A stretch of DNA of 64,000 nt from Obrimoposthia wandeli (GCA_977020255.1 CDROCS010006366.1:1-64000), one strand, 5' to 3'. Shown: positions 11,206-22,400, counted from the stretch's first letter. Notes: generated by a model not told the origin, from the sequence alone. Numbers and translations are program-made.

Positions 11206-14200
11206 TTAAATTTTGAAGTGTCCATAAGCCAGGCTAGCGTTCTTTTCTACCCAAAAGCGCTTGTCGTCATTACTACTCAAAGCGATTTTGGTTGATTTAT
11301 GGGAATACAGTTGATGGGCTCTTGAAATAAATCTAGTTTGCTCAACGCTTTCAATACACTCAGTATCATAAACTTTCCGGTAGGCCTCATGTGTAAGATT
11401 GTTTCTTCCCACACCCTTTGCTCTTATTGAACATGTATTATTAGATGCATGTAAACTGTAGCATTTAGGGCGTAGGAAAATACAATCATCATACGAAACA
11501 TGTCCCTCGCTTTCATCCTTAAATTTCCCGATAATGTCCTTTAAACTCATAGAGTGTAGAGGATGGTTAGCGGGATATTTATGGGTATCTAGTAAGTTGT
11601 CCCTAAACATTGCTGGTAATAATTGATTATTTAAACTAACATTCCTACATTCTAAAAGAAAGAGTCAGTGTCCCCAGCTGCGATTTTAATCTCACAATTA
11701 AATTCTTGTCGGTATTTCTCCAATTCTATGTATTGAAGCTCATACATTCTGAGTTTAGAAATGTCTAAAACCGTTTGACCTATATAACTCGGTCGATCGA
11801 GACAAATACTCTGTTTTCCTAATAACACTGCTACCAAGTCATCTGCAAATGTAAAACTACGCTTGAAGTTGTACTTGCTAGTATATGTTATTAGTTTACG
11901 CTCATCATTGCAAAACCGTAGACAAATACGTTTCCGCAAGTCCTCTACAGTTTTTCCAAAGAGACTATTACTTTTTAACTTGTAAAAATCTCGATCGAAT
12001 TTGCTAGTGGCCAAATTACGTTTTCTTGAATTCTTCTCAATATAGTCTTTAAACACAAAGTTTTGCTGAAGCTTATAGCACGATGAATTCGAGTAACTTT
12101 CGCTCCCAACTTTAAGTAGAATTGAAGAAGCCGCCAATGCACAACATAATTCAACTTGTCTTCATGGGTTAACAATAATTTATTAACCTTTGAATTAGGT
12201 GGGCATTGATGAACAGGCGCTACTGGAAGATTATCTAATTTATCATGCACATTGGGAGGGATTTTTATGTCCACCTCAACCAAATAGCCGACGTCGGATG
12301 AAACTGTATCAACATTAGCCAAATCTGTCATCAACTTATTCAACTGATCCACATCATAAACCCACTTAAAGTTGGCATGAGGTAGAGGTTGAGTAAGCGC
12401 CCACCCATACAAATTATTAATATCGATGTACAGAATCTCCTTGGATTGATTTTTGACAACATGATGTTTGTTGACAAAAGTCATTCTACCGCGTATACCA
12501 TAATCATACATTTGATACATCGCGGGTTCTTGCAGTAACTCGATATTAGTTTTAAGAGTTTTTATTGCTGTTGCCCATGAAAGACCAGGTAAACTAAAGA
12601 AATGCATGGGATCTAGCCCATCTTCTGCTAAAGACTTTACACGAAATGACTCAAAAACATCAGCTAAAAGATAAATGTCTAACTTCATATAATAAAGCAT
12701 ATATTCGAGAAGATTTTGACAATTATTCACCCAAAATGTACGGGCCTCATTATAGTCTTGAAGACTTACACCCTCAAATTCAGTTATGGGTGGGATTTCA
12801 GTTGTATTTTCTAAATCTGCGAAAGTTTTCGCAAATTTATACGGAAAAATCCCCTTATCGTTAACCGAAGCTGGGAACACTGACTGTGTAATTGGCCATG
12901 CATTTAAAGATGCCGTTAAATTTTTTAAAGACCCGCTCAAAAACTGCAGAGAATCTATGAATCTTAAACTGCAGAATTCAGTATATGCAGTTAAAGATAA
13001 ATATTTCTCTGAAGTTTGAGGTATACATGAAATTTCCCAAGAGCTTAATGTACCCAACGCGTATTTAAGTATATGATGCAAATCATATCCTTTTAGGTTA
13101 TGAAACACGATGGGAATGCGTGGTTTTTTAGGGAGACGACGGCCAAGGTTACAAAGGTTGCACGCCGCTCCCAAGTATCGCCCCGTAACATGATCGTGAT
13201 CTCTGACTAACTTTGACTGGGTTCCATACAAATAACATAATCTACAAGAATTAAAATTAACCCAGTCTATGCCTGTCATGATCATTGCTTGATGAGCATT
13301 GAGATCATACCACGGTTTGACAATTGTTGTTTCTAATTCCTCTAATTTTAACATAAAATCTAAAATACAATTTGGACCGGAAAATTTATGATACTGGGTA
13401 ATATTGGGGCCTAAGAATAGTAGTCCTGCTGAAGCCGGTAGGTGAATACTCTCATACTGGTCATGCAATGCTAAAATTGACTCAAAATCTGCATACACCC
13501 TGAATTCCACGGGTATGCATTTTGCCCAATCCCTGAATTTTAAATCCTTATCCTTAGGCATGCTATATAGCGTATTGTCATCAGGATTCAGTGAACATAA
13601 TGTCAGATGTTTGCTGTAAGAGAGCTCGGATCGGAACCCATGCAAACATCTATGACACCACTTACACCTTATCCTAACCGGTAAGGCTCCATTATCTAAA
13701 TTTAGAAGACGATCTAAACTGGGAATTGCAGCATAATGGAATTTATTATTCTGTTCGAGCAAAAATTAAGTTGACCTGAGTCTCCTCATTTTTGCTCCTA
13801 TAAATTACATCTACAAAAGGATTTTTTCTGCATCTGTTACATTAACTGGGATATCAGTATTATATTTGAATACATTAATACTCAAGTTATTAAGATGTTC
13901 AAATCTTGATATCGCAGTTAATTTAACAGGAAAATCTATTCCATGATACTGCAATTCATTTAAAAAAGGGGTATATTTACTGACACGCTCTCTATGCTCA
14001 GTAATTACATCCCTTTTGAGGATGGCCAACACGCTATACAGAAAGCAAAGGTTATCACTGTTTTGTACGTTAACAATGGAACGTGAAAGTTGAAGAGATC
14101 TAGGTGAAGGAATGTATGAACTCCCCGAAAGATATATCATGTCAGTGAACTTTGTTAGAACAAAGCTAACATCGTGAATTCTAACTAGAGTCCATCCACT

Positions 14201-14599
14201 ACTTAACTCGCTATAATTAGCAATTTTTTCATCTAGGTTTCTTCCAATTTCAGTTACAAAATTATCATAAAAAACAGTTGCTTTATGTGAAATTACCCAA
14301 GTTTTAGTTTCCTCATTGACATTTTTAAACTGCACTGTTGCGCAAAATTGTACCTTAGCCTGTCCTAATTTAGTCACTTCTGATTTTAAAAGATTTTCAA
14401 TATTTGAATCTACACCTACGTTTAATAAAATTTCATTTCCTAATGGCACCTTAACTATAACATATTTATTATTTAGGTGATACTCTATAGTAGCACCGTT
14501 TTCTCTACGTTTTTTGGGTGGGACCTTATTAAGAAATTGGCCTCGCCTCTTTCTTCCGTTTGTCGCTGACAAACCTCTCCTAATTGAACGGGAAGACAA
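11206..14599 (-). pseudogene. pPolB: Protein-primed family B DNA polymerase, several frameshifts
   Basis: Exo motifs YADFES and FHNLKGYD; pol motifs YIDINNLYG, KLKSNSLFGK, AGDTDS; endonuclease-VII-like C..C...RDHDH.TG...C..CN insert. Confidence 0.95.
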
Positions 14600-15577
14600 C
14601 TATTTATATTAATAGTTGACACAATCGCAGCTGAGGTTGAAGGTGCTGCCATTGGACATGCTGTCGATGTTGAGGTAATCGCAGCTGGTGTAGACGATGC
14701 TGCTGGAATAGATGCTGCCGCAGATGTAGAGGCTGCATTTGAAGCTGACCTTGCCGATGAAGAAGCGGCTGTTATAGAGGTTAGTGCTGCTGAAATAAAT
14801 ATATTAAAAAATAAATATATTTTTAAAAATTACCTCTAAGGCGTGCTAACATCGATGTAGGCACTCGAGATGGGGGAGGCATAGCTGTCCTATCGGATGA
14901 CGGCTGTATCATGGTACTTTCTGAATAAAAAACAAAAAATAAAAAATAAATAATAAAAATAAAATATATAATTTAAAAATAATAATAAAAAATACCTAAT
15001 GAAGGCAATCCAAGTTGAGCTGGAATGAAGTCCTCTTCATTGACGAAATCCATCCAGCTATCGTCCGACATCTCGACGAAATCGGATTCCTCGATGGTCT
15101 CCAACCATGAGTTATCGCTCCACTGCTCTATCTTGAAATCTGACTGGGATATGTCATTCATCCACTCATCCTTAGACATTTGAGTGGATGGGTCAGAATC
15201 AGGAGCCGGGAGACCAATCGCAGGACCGTAAAAGGGTTGATCGACTGTAACTGGAATTGGAGGTGGAGCGACCTGTGAATCGCGCACCAATTGCATGATA
15301 TCCCTCTTCTTGTTGTTGGCTGTGAAACACGATAGATGAGCTCGATGTTCACTGAAGAAGTCTCGAAACTCCTTCTCCTCCATTGTTCTGCAGAAGGGGC
15401 AGACAAAGAAGTGAAGCCCGCGAGACTTTGTCCGGTAGTATGCAGACATTGTCTCCATGCAGGACTCTCCTCCATGCGGAGCCGAAGCACCGCAATACGC
15501 AGGGAATAGGTTACAAGTAATCTGAAATAAGAAATATTAATAAGGAAATAATAAAAATAAATTCTTACCATAGGCAT
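14600..15577 (-). CDS. Spliced 4-exon leader: Zn-finger-like domain, acidic Trp repeats and Ala/Ser/Thr linker, probably the 5' part of the pPolB gene
   Basis: Exons 15577-15569, 15521-14996, 14920-14834 and 14789 onward. Three AT-rich GT-AG introns (47, 75, 44 nt), all frame-preserving. CPFC...HRAHLSC motif conserved in copy 3. Confidence 0.7.
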
Positions 15578-15777
15578 TATTTCAAATTGTCGGGGATTTA
15601 AATGAAGAAAGTGTTTGCTTATATACTAAAATTTATGCACACATGCTCTTTTCCTATTGGATTAAAAAATTTAGAAGGTTTGTTTATCTGTTAAATGGTC
15701 GAAAAAAATATTTTTTTATTCCTCCAATCAAAAGATTTAATTGTAATTGAATGAAAATTATGAATTAGAAGAATTGT

Positions 15778-16264
15778 TTATCTACATGTCAAGTAATAAT
15801 AAGAAAGACTTAAACATTTTTTATATGCGCAATGGTCACCATGATTACGATATGGACAGCAAATATTTCGTGGAATTTTTAATAGATGATCACGTGAAAT
15901 ATTTAAAGTATTCAACCTCAATTTAGGAAAATATTTTTTTAAAGTCATATATTTTTGCCATCCATGTCATCTAAAACATAAAAATTCCATTTTCAATTTC
16001 AAAATTAAATTTAATAGTATCGAAAATACATATTTCACAAAAAGCCTTATGTCCTTCTTTCCATTTTAATAAATAGAAATATTTAGTTAGATATAAATTA
16101 GTAAATTTTTTCTTATAATCTAAACTTTTAAATGGGATATCTATATGAAATATGAAATGCAAAGGATGAAAAACGTCGCATACATCCATAATACATAATT
16201 CTTTTATAATATAATCCCCATTTTTGTTAATGAAAGCCTCAAAATCTATGATATATTCCTGCAT
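15778..16264 (-). pseudogene. DEDD-like 3'-5' exonuclease-type accessory protein, frameshifted
   Basis: IIDFEAF...KELC (DxE motif I-like). After the frameshift near 15975 it continues CPYRNHGDHCAYK, matching copy-3 CPYNEHGQHCAYK. Confidence 0.6.
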
Positions 16265-16344
16265 AATTATCTAAATTTGTAGCAAATCCCGTTGTTTATA
16301 ACGAAGTACTTTCATGTTAAGATTGGAATATTTTGTCAATTCTC

Positions 16345-16707
16345 CTATGTAACATAATCAATAAAGACAAAATAATAATCAAAAATGTATTTTTTTGTAG
16401 AAGGACCCTCTTCCGGTTTAATCTGGAGGATTCTCTTTCTTGCTGCTCGCCGAACATCCTCCATCTCTTCTCTTCTTTTTTCATCAACCTTCCTTTTTTC
16501 CAATTCGATCTTCTTATTCCACTCCACGATTCGACGGCGTTCTGCTAGCCTCCTATCCTGTATCTCCACCCTATGATTCCACTCTGTCGCGACAGCAGTA
16601 TACAAATTTTGATTGAGGACCCTCTTTCTTAAGTCCCCTTTCTTCTCATTTATTCTGATGTTTGCTTCAATCTTCGTCACCAGACTCTTCATTTTAATGA
16701 ATTCCAT
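16345..16707 (-). CDS. 120-aa charged coiled-coil protein with a possible SERTA-like N-terminus
   Basis: Intact ATG ORF; E/K/R-rich helix; SLVTKI...DLRKRVLNQN; TATATATA about 42 nt upstream. Confidence 0.55.
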   Translation of the reverse strand: MEFIKMKSLVTKIEANIRINEKKGDLRKRVLNQNLYTAVATEWNHRVEIQDRRLAERRRIVEWNKKIELEKRKVDEKRREEMEDVRRAARKRILQIKPEEGPSTKKYIFDYYFVFIDYVT

Positions 16708-16900
16708 TTTTTAATTATGAAAAGGTTAATAAATTTGAACCTATATATATAAATTAAAGATATTTTTTAATCCAATTAAATGATATATTTTATTTTATCA
16801 AATGAGTGTTTAATAAATCTATAACTTATCATTGCAAATAAACTTAAAGATAGTATTTCTACATTTAAAAAAATAAATATTAAGAAGAAAACATATGAAA

Positions 16901-18385
16901 CTAATGTTTATAAATTATATTTTTAAACATCTTTACGAAGTCATCATTGGGATCATTCGGGTCGTAATCCCTCCGACTAAGTATTATAGGAGAAAGCGGT
17001 ACTGGTTCCTTCTTCTTTGGCCGGCCCGGTTTCTTTTTCGGCTTCACCGGTTGCTTTGTAACAATTGTCCTTCCCTCAGGTTTTGGCAATAGTTGCCGCA
17101 ACTTTTTGGGAGGAGGTGCAGCCGATGTTGATGGTTCCGACGTAGAAGTCCTCTTCCGTGGAGCTTTCTTCTGTTTCTCCTCCTTCTCACGCTGAAGCTG
17201 GCGTGAGACGGCATCCTGTTGCCCACGCGAATCTGAAAGCATTGCCGGTGAATCCAGTTCCGCCAGGAATTCATCCAATCCAGCGTCATCCCAGGCCCTC
17301 TTCAAGTTCTGGCTGGTTGTTGGACGAGGAGAAGCAGTCTCCTGCAGGCGTCGTTGACTTGAGGGCGGACTTATCTCAATCGGCGAGACTGGGATCCTCT
17401 CATATAGGATTGGTCCGTCGTCCACTGGAGATTGGAGAATCTCCTGCTGGCCAATCACTGTCTCAGAATAATGACCAATTGAGGTTTAACATTTTCTCGA
17501 GCGCCTCGTCTTCTTCACCTCTGCCCTCTTCGTCCGTTTCAGCGAGAAAGGAGTAACTTCACCCCAAGTCTCCTCAAATATCTGGACGGGTTCCTGCAAA
17601 ATATTAATAAAATTTAAACATATAAATAATTTACCTCAATGATGGGCAGGTTAGCCTGTTTCACCAACTTGGCCTTCTTCCGCGTGAGGGTTTTGACCCT
17701 ATGGCGTTGCGGTTTCTTAACTGCCGCTTGCTTCCTATCCACCGGTTGAATAGACGTCGCCTCTTCGTGAATGTTCTCCATCTATGTGAATTATTAAATT
17801 AAATATCTAAATAATTTACCTTAAAATTATCTGGAGACGCTAGGTATCGGAGCTGACTCCTTGGCAGCTCCTGGCTGCATTGACTCGCCAAGTACTGCGG
17901 TTCAATTAGCCTCTCCACCATGGTCACTGACGGTGCCAAATCCAGTTGAAGTTTCTGAAAATGAAATTAAAAAACATTTAAAATAAATGATGTCTAACCT
18001 CATTCGTCGGTTTTATTCTCCTAACAGGAGATGTTGGCCTTTTGAATGGTTCAGGCATTGTATTATCTGCTTTCGGAGTAGCAGAGGGAGTGAGACCATC
18101 CCAATCGTCGGTGAACAGGTGCCACTCGTCCTCGTCCAATTCTGCTACCATCGACTCGTTGGCTTCAGGGGCTCCGATACTTGGCTGTATCCATTCGTCG
18201 ATGAATGGAGTCAAGTCCTCCTGGTGTGGTGCGGTGTGGTGTGGTGTGGCGTGGTGTAGTGTGGTGTGGCGTGGTGTGGTGTGGTGTGGCGTGGTGTAGT
18301 GTGGTGTGGCGTGGTGTGGCGTGGTGTGGCGTGGTGTGGTGTGGTGTGGTGTGGTGTTGTGTGGTGTGGTGTGAGAGCGAGACAT
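16901..18385 (-). CDS. 4-exon disordered regulator-like protein (acidic patches, basic NLS-like stretches, AT-hook-like KPGRPKK); one in-frame TAA at 17488
   Basis: Phase-0 introns 17998-17955, 17819-17782 and 17634-17594. Internal exons of 135 and 147 nt are stop-free and join the 185-aa ORF frame. Start codon uncertain. Confidence 0.65.
18223..18372. repeat. (GTGTG)n pentanucleotide microsatellite, about 30 units
   Basis: Directly visible; it explains the VVWCG and HTTPH repeat ORFs. Confidence 0.95.
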
Positions 18386-18670
18386 CCGTACATCGCCAAG
18401 CTAGTCTGTGACCTATATGAGATCGAGATATCCGTACATCGCCAAGCTAGTCTGTGACCTATATGAGATCGAGATATCCGTACATCGCCAAGCTAGTCTG
18501 TGACCTATATGAGAACGAGATATCTGTACATCGCCAAGCTAGTCTGTGACCTATATGAGAACGAGATATCCGTACATCGCCAAGCTAGTCTGTGACCTAT
18601 ATGAGAGCGAGATATCCGTACATCGCCAAGCTAATCTGTGACCTATATGAGAACGAGATATCCGTACATC
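18373..18670. repeat. 46-bp tandem array (about 6.5 units) in the right terminal repeat
   Basis: Units start at 18373, 18419, 18465, 18511, 18557, 18603 and 18649; reverse complement of the left array. Confidence 0.95.
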
Positions 18671-18882
18671 TGTGACCAATGTCGGACCCGAGCCCTTCGC
18701 GCCGAAAGGCGCGAAAAATTGTTAGGAGGGGGTACCCCCCCCTTGTCTTTTAAAACCGTGCATGTGTGTGGAGTGAAATTTCACTCCACACACCTACACG
18801 AAATTTCACTCCACACACATACACGGTTTTAAAGGACAGGGGGGGAGGGGTGTGTGGATTAGACCGGTCACATCCACCTACT
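18671..18882. repeat. Outer right terminal repeat with hairpins and 25-bp repeats
   Basis: TTCGCGCC-GAAA-GGCGCGAA (18696-18715); perfect 30-bp palindrome at 18764-18793; terminus ACT at 18880-18882. Confidence 0.85.
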
Positions 18883-19214
18883 GGTAGGGTCAACTAAATC
18901 ACCTTGTAAAATATTTGAATCTCTCTTGGAATACTTGGCTCTCGTTTGCAACAAGGGTATCTATTAGAAATCAATACAAACATTTCCTGTTTAGGTAACA
19001 GATCATACCTTTTAATTAATTGCTATAACTAAAAATAATGTTTCATATTGACGTCAAGTCGTTATTGTGTATAAAAATGGCAGATTTTGATGAATGCAGT
19101 GCTTTGATCAGAGAGAAACAGTTTAATTCTTTTGTCACTAGCGCTCTGTTTTGTACTTAATTTGTTAACAGTCGATTCTTCAACATTTGATGAATGAGAG
19201 ATAACTTACAGGGT

Positions 19215-19400
19215 TTGACACGGCTCTTCTTCAAGTAATTACCGTCTCAAAAACAATCGTTTTAAATTGTTGAAACCAATTTCTAAAACTTCCTTCGGAT
19301 GGAGCATTGTCAACATAAATTCTGACGAGCAATCGATGAATTTCAGCACAACCTTTTTTTCAAAAAAAACTAATGAAGAAAACTTCTTGGATATTTTGTT
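19215..19400 (-). mobile_element. Mariner transposase N-terminal (HTH) remnant
   Basis: The - strand reads KKGCAEIHRLLVRIYVDNAPSEGSFRNWFQQFK, resembling the mariner pattern KKxAAExHRLLVxxYGxxALSExTCxxWFxRFK. Confidence 0.7.
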
Positions 19401-22400
19401 TTGTTGGTGCAAAATTCAACATTTTAGATGTAATGAAAGTAAATCCTTCTAAATATATAATCAAACGGTAAATAATCTCTCTTCATTGGACAATCTTAAA
19501 GATGGCTATTGACGTAAATTGCAAGTATATCTCATGTAATATAATATATTTTCCTAAACGACAGACCCTTTGTCAAGTATCCAATTTTATATAATTTTAG
19601 AGTTTGTCTTGCTTATATTTTTAGGTACACCCTAGTTGTTTAATCGATGCTTTTTGAGGTTCCAAACGACTTTGATATTAATGAGAATATTTCTGATCGT
19701 GTAATCGAGGATTGATAGAAATTAAATTGACCCCACTAAATATGGCTTTTTGTCGATGAATTTAATACAACGTGGAAATTGAATTGCATCGTATTATTAC
19801 AATTTTACTATCCGAAAGTGTGGGTCCTATTTTAATATGAAATCGCTTTGTAATCAATTTTGCAGAAGTAATGAGTACATATTATCTGGGACACTAAGTA
19901 AGAGGAGACTGGCTGGCCAATGCGGATACGGCATCGTCTCATTGGTTGACCTTGAGTCTGGCAATTGTATCCTTCATTTGATGGAGTTTACCGCCGGCCC
20001 AGAAGTTCGTCATCATGGACTGTAGCCGATTTCGCGGTGAGTGACTCTTCACACACAGCCTACCGTACATCACACGACCTCGCAACTGCAGTAGCCTTAG
20101 AAAGCCCACTCGACAAAGTAGTTATTAATCTCGGGTGTGGGAAATGGTTCTTTCGTCATCGTCTGCGCCCTTGCAACAGTTATCTGCAGGGTCACCATAA
20201 ATTAGGCCCTCATATGACCTACACATAATTTTTAGGCTTAAGCACAGGAAAATTATGCTATTGTAAATTACGGAGTTTAATTTTCTCTAACATTGTAAAC
20301 TCTTTGTGACGTTATTTTTTGATGTTCTTTAAAACAGATAGCCATTTATAAATTTCACAAAATTGATAAAATTTAGAGGAGACTTTGTTTATGTTGAAGC
20401 GCGTCCTTTTGCTTTTTGAATAGACAGACAAGTTTTCGCGTTTCATAATTATCAGATGATATCTCATTGTTAAATGTTTTAAAAAGGATAAATTAAGCAA
20501 AAATATATATTTCATTCAAATGTTTTATTGATATTTGGAGTTTGTGAAACAATTTATCTAGGGAACAAAAAATGTAACAATTAAATATCAGGTACGATCT
20601 GTTTCGAAAACCGGAAATGGTCGAAATGTAAATTTTACAATTACAACTATAAATTATTCGTCTTCCTAATATTGCATATTTTCAATAGAGGGGAAATATT
20701 CATGTAATGCTTTGTTTTCACACATTGATATTAATAAACTTTATTTATTTGCCCAGTTGTTTAAATATTTTGATAAATTAATTTTTTTATTATTAGTTGT
20801 TTCAATAAAACAATGCGCTTACAAAGATATTCTGTGCTCTGAGTTTCATTAGCTAAATAATGTCAACGTCGTTCAGCATAATAACAATGGACAATTTGGA
20901 ACTGTGGTCAGTTGAAACGTGAATAAGGATAGCAGAAGGAAGGGTGAATATTTATTATAAATTAGCGGTATATTAAATATATTACTGTTCTAATTTTTTA
21001 TTGTTGTTGCTGTTGTAACGATGATCTTTGCAAATTTGAACTGGATTTGTAATTAATTATCGAATATTTTAAAGCAATATTTTAATTAAATCAAATCCAG
21101 TAATTTTCAACTTTTAATAATTATTTTATTAATTTTTTACATTTGGGGCGGTGTGTAAGAGCGATAAATCAGGAGAAAATAACGGGGAACACAAATCGGG
21201 AGTGTACCGACCTTGGTCAGACTGACCAGTACCAATTGACCTTGGGGATTTGCGGGATTAGGTCACGGTGAGGGACGACTTACGGGAATCTAATTACAGA
21301 ACAGTCGCGGTGGAATGACTCAAGAGACACTGCTTAGCAACATCGATGGCATAACAACGACCGGGATATTAATTACGGCTAATACTGCATACATCACTAC
21401 ACACAACAAGATGATGTATATATTAATTTCTTCAAGTAATCATTCCAAGCGTCCATCGGTGTGGGGGAATTTTATCCGGACTGTTTACAACTGAAAATTT
21501 AAGTTATTTTTGTCAAGAAATTGACCCTTATGATTCTATTTTACTAAAAGAAGTTAAAGTGATATTATTTGGTTATAGTCACAAGGAGAGGCTTCTAATT
21601 TGAACGCTTGTAGTTCATGACGATTTCCATAAAGGTAGATTATTGCTCGTATTATTCTCGTATTTTTTTAGACTACAAAAAACACTACAAAATATAAAAA
21701 GTAATTCTTGAAAATATTAAAGAATTCATAATTTAATTTGTAACTTTAAAAAATATATACTGAAAAAATTAAAATATTTTTATTAGATATAAATATATAT
21801 ATTAACATCAAAATAAATGTTTTAAAATTTGTCTAAGATACAATAAATAATTTTGTAATTATTAAAAATTTAATTTTTGAATGATTTTTATCCTTTTTAA
21901 ATGATTAAAGTTGCAGATGTTTATTTTATGTTACCCCTTTTCGTAATTATAAAATTCAAAATACAAAACTTAAGATAAAATAAATAACGGAAGAAGCAAA
22001 TTGAAACAATAAAAAGTAAACCTTAAAATAATATCATGTGAAATTCACCATATAATTTTGAAAGGCTCTTTTATTTTGAATAAATTTGGTAATATTAAAC
22101 TGACACATAAACTCTTATACACGTTTTATGTACATATAAAGTTTCAAATTTCGAATTAAAATTTAATTTAAATTAATTTTAGAAAATAAATCCTTTTTAG
22201 GTAAATGTTGTTAAACTTTTAGAATTTTCCAAACTTATCTTCTTTGTATGCAATAGCAAGATTCATCGTTCCAACTAATTTACATATAATTTGCGACTGC
22301 TGGTACTGCTTTGAAAATTGAATGGAAACATGGGAGGATTTGTGGCGAATAGAAAAGTAGGATGAAGTCACAAAACTATTTCAATTTTTGTTATTAAAAC

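Larger units (their letters stand above)
2226..18882. mobile_element. Polinton/Maverick element, copy 1 (full length, mostly pseudogenised)
   Basis: Inverted terminal repeats (2226 onward versus 18818 backward) enclose ATPase, integrase, minor capsid, major capsid and protease on + and pPolB on -. The right end reads ...ATCCACCTACT (5'-AGTAGG on the - strand), shared with copy 2 and consistent with AG-starting Polinton termini. Confidence 0.95.

Noticed and set aside
14590-14625. Programmed -1 frameshift into pPolB
   Set aside because: No slippery heptamer is seen, and copy 3 shifts at a different place; decay or a micro-intron is simpler.
18042-18457. + strand VVWCG-repeat ORFs
   Set aside because: Translations of the (GTGTG)n microsatellite.
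18373-18670. 46-bp, 60-bp (24728-25395), 41-bp and 48/53-bp arrays as CRISPR arrays
   Set aside because: Units are contiguous with no unique spacers, there are no cas genes, and the context is eukaryotic.
21148-21487. GC-richer block with TG...CA ends as a solo LTR
   Set aside because: No target-site duplication, second copy or primer-binding site was found.
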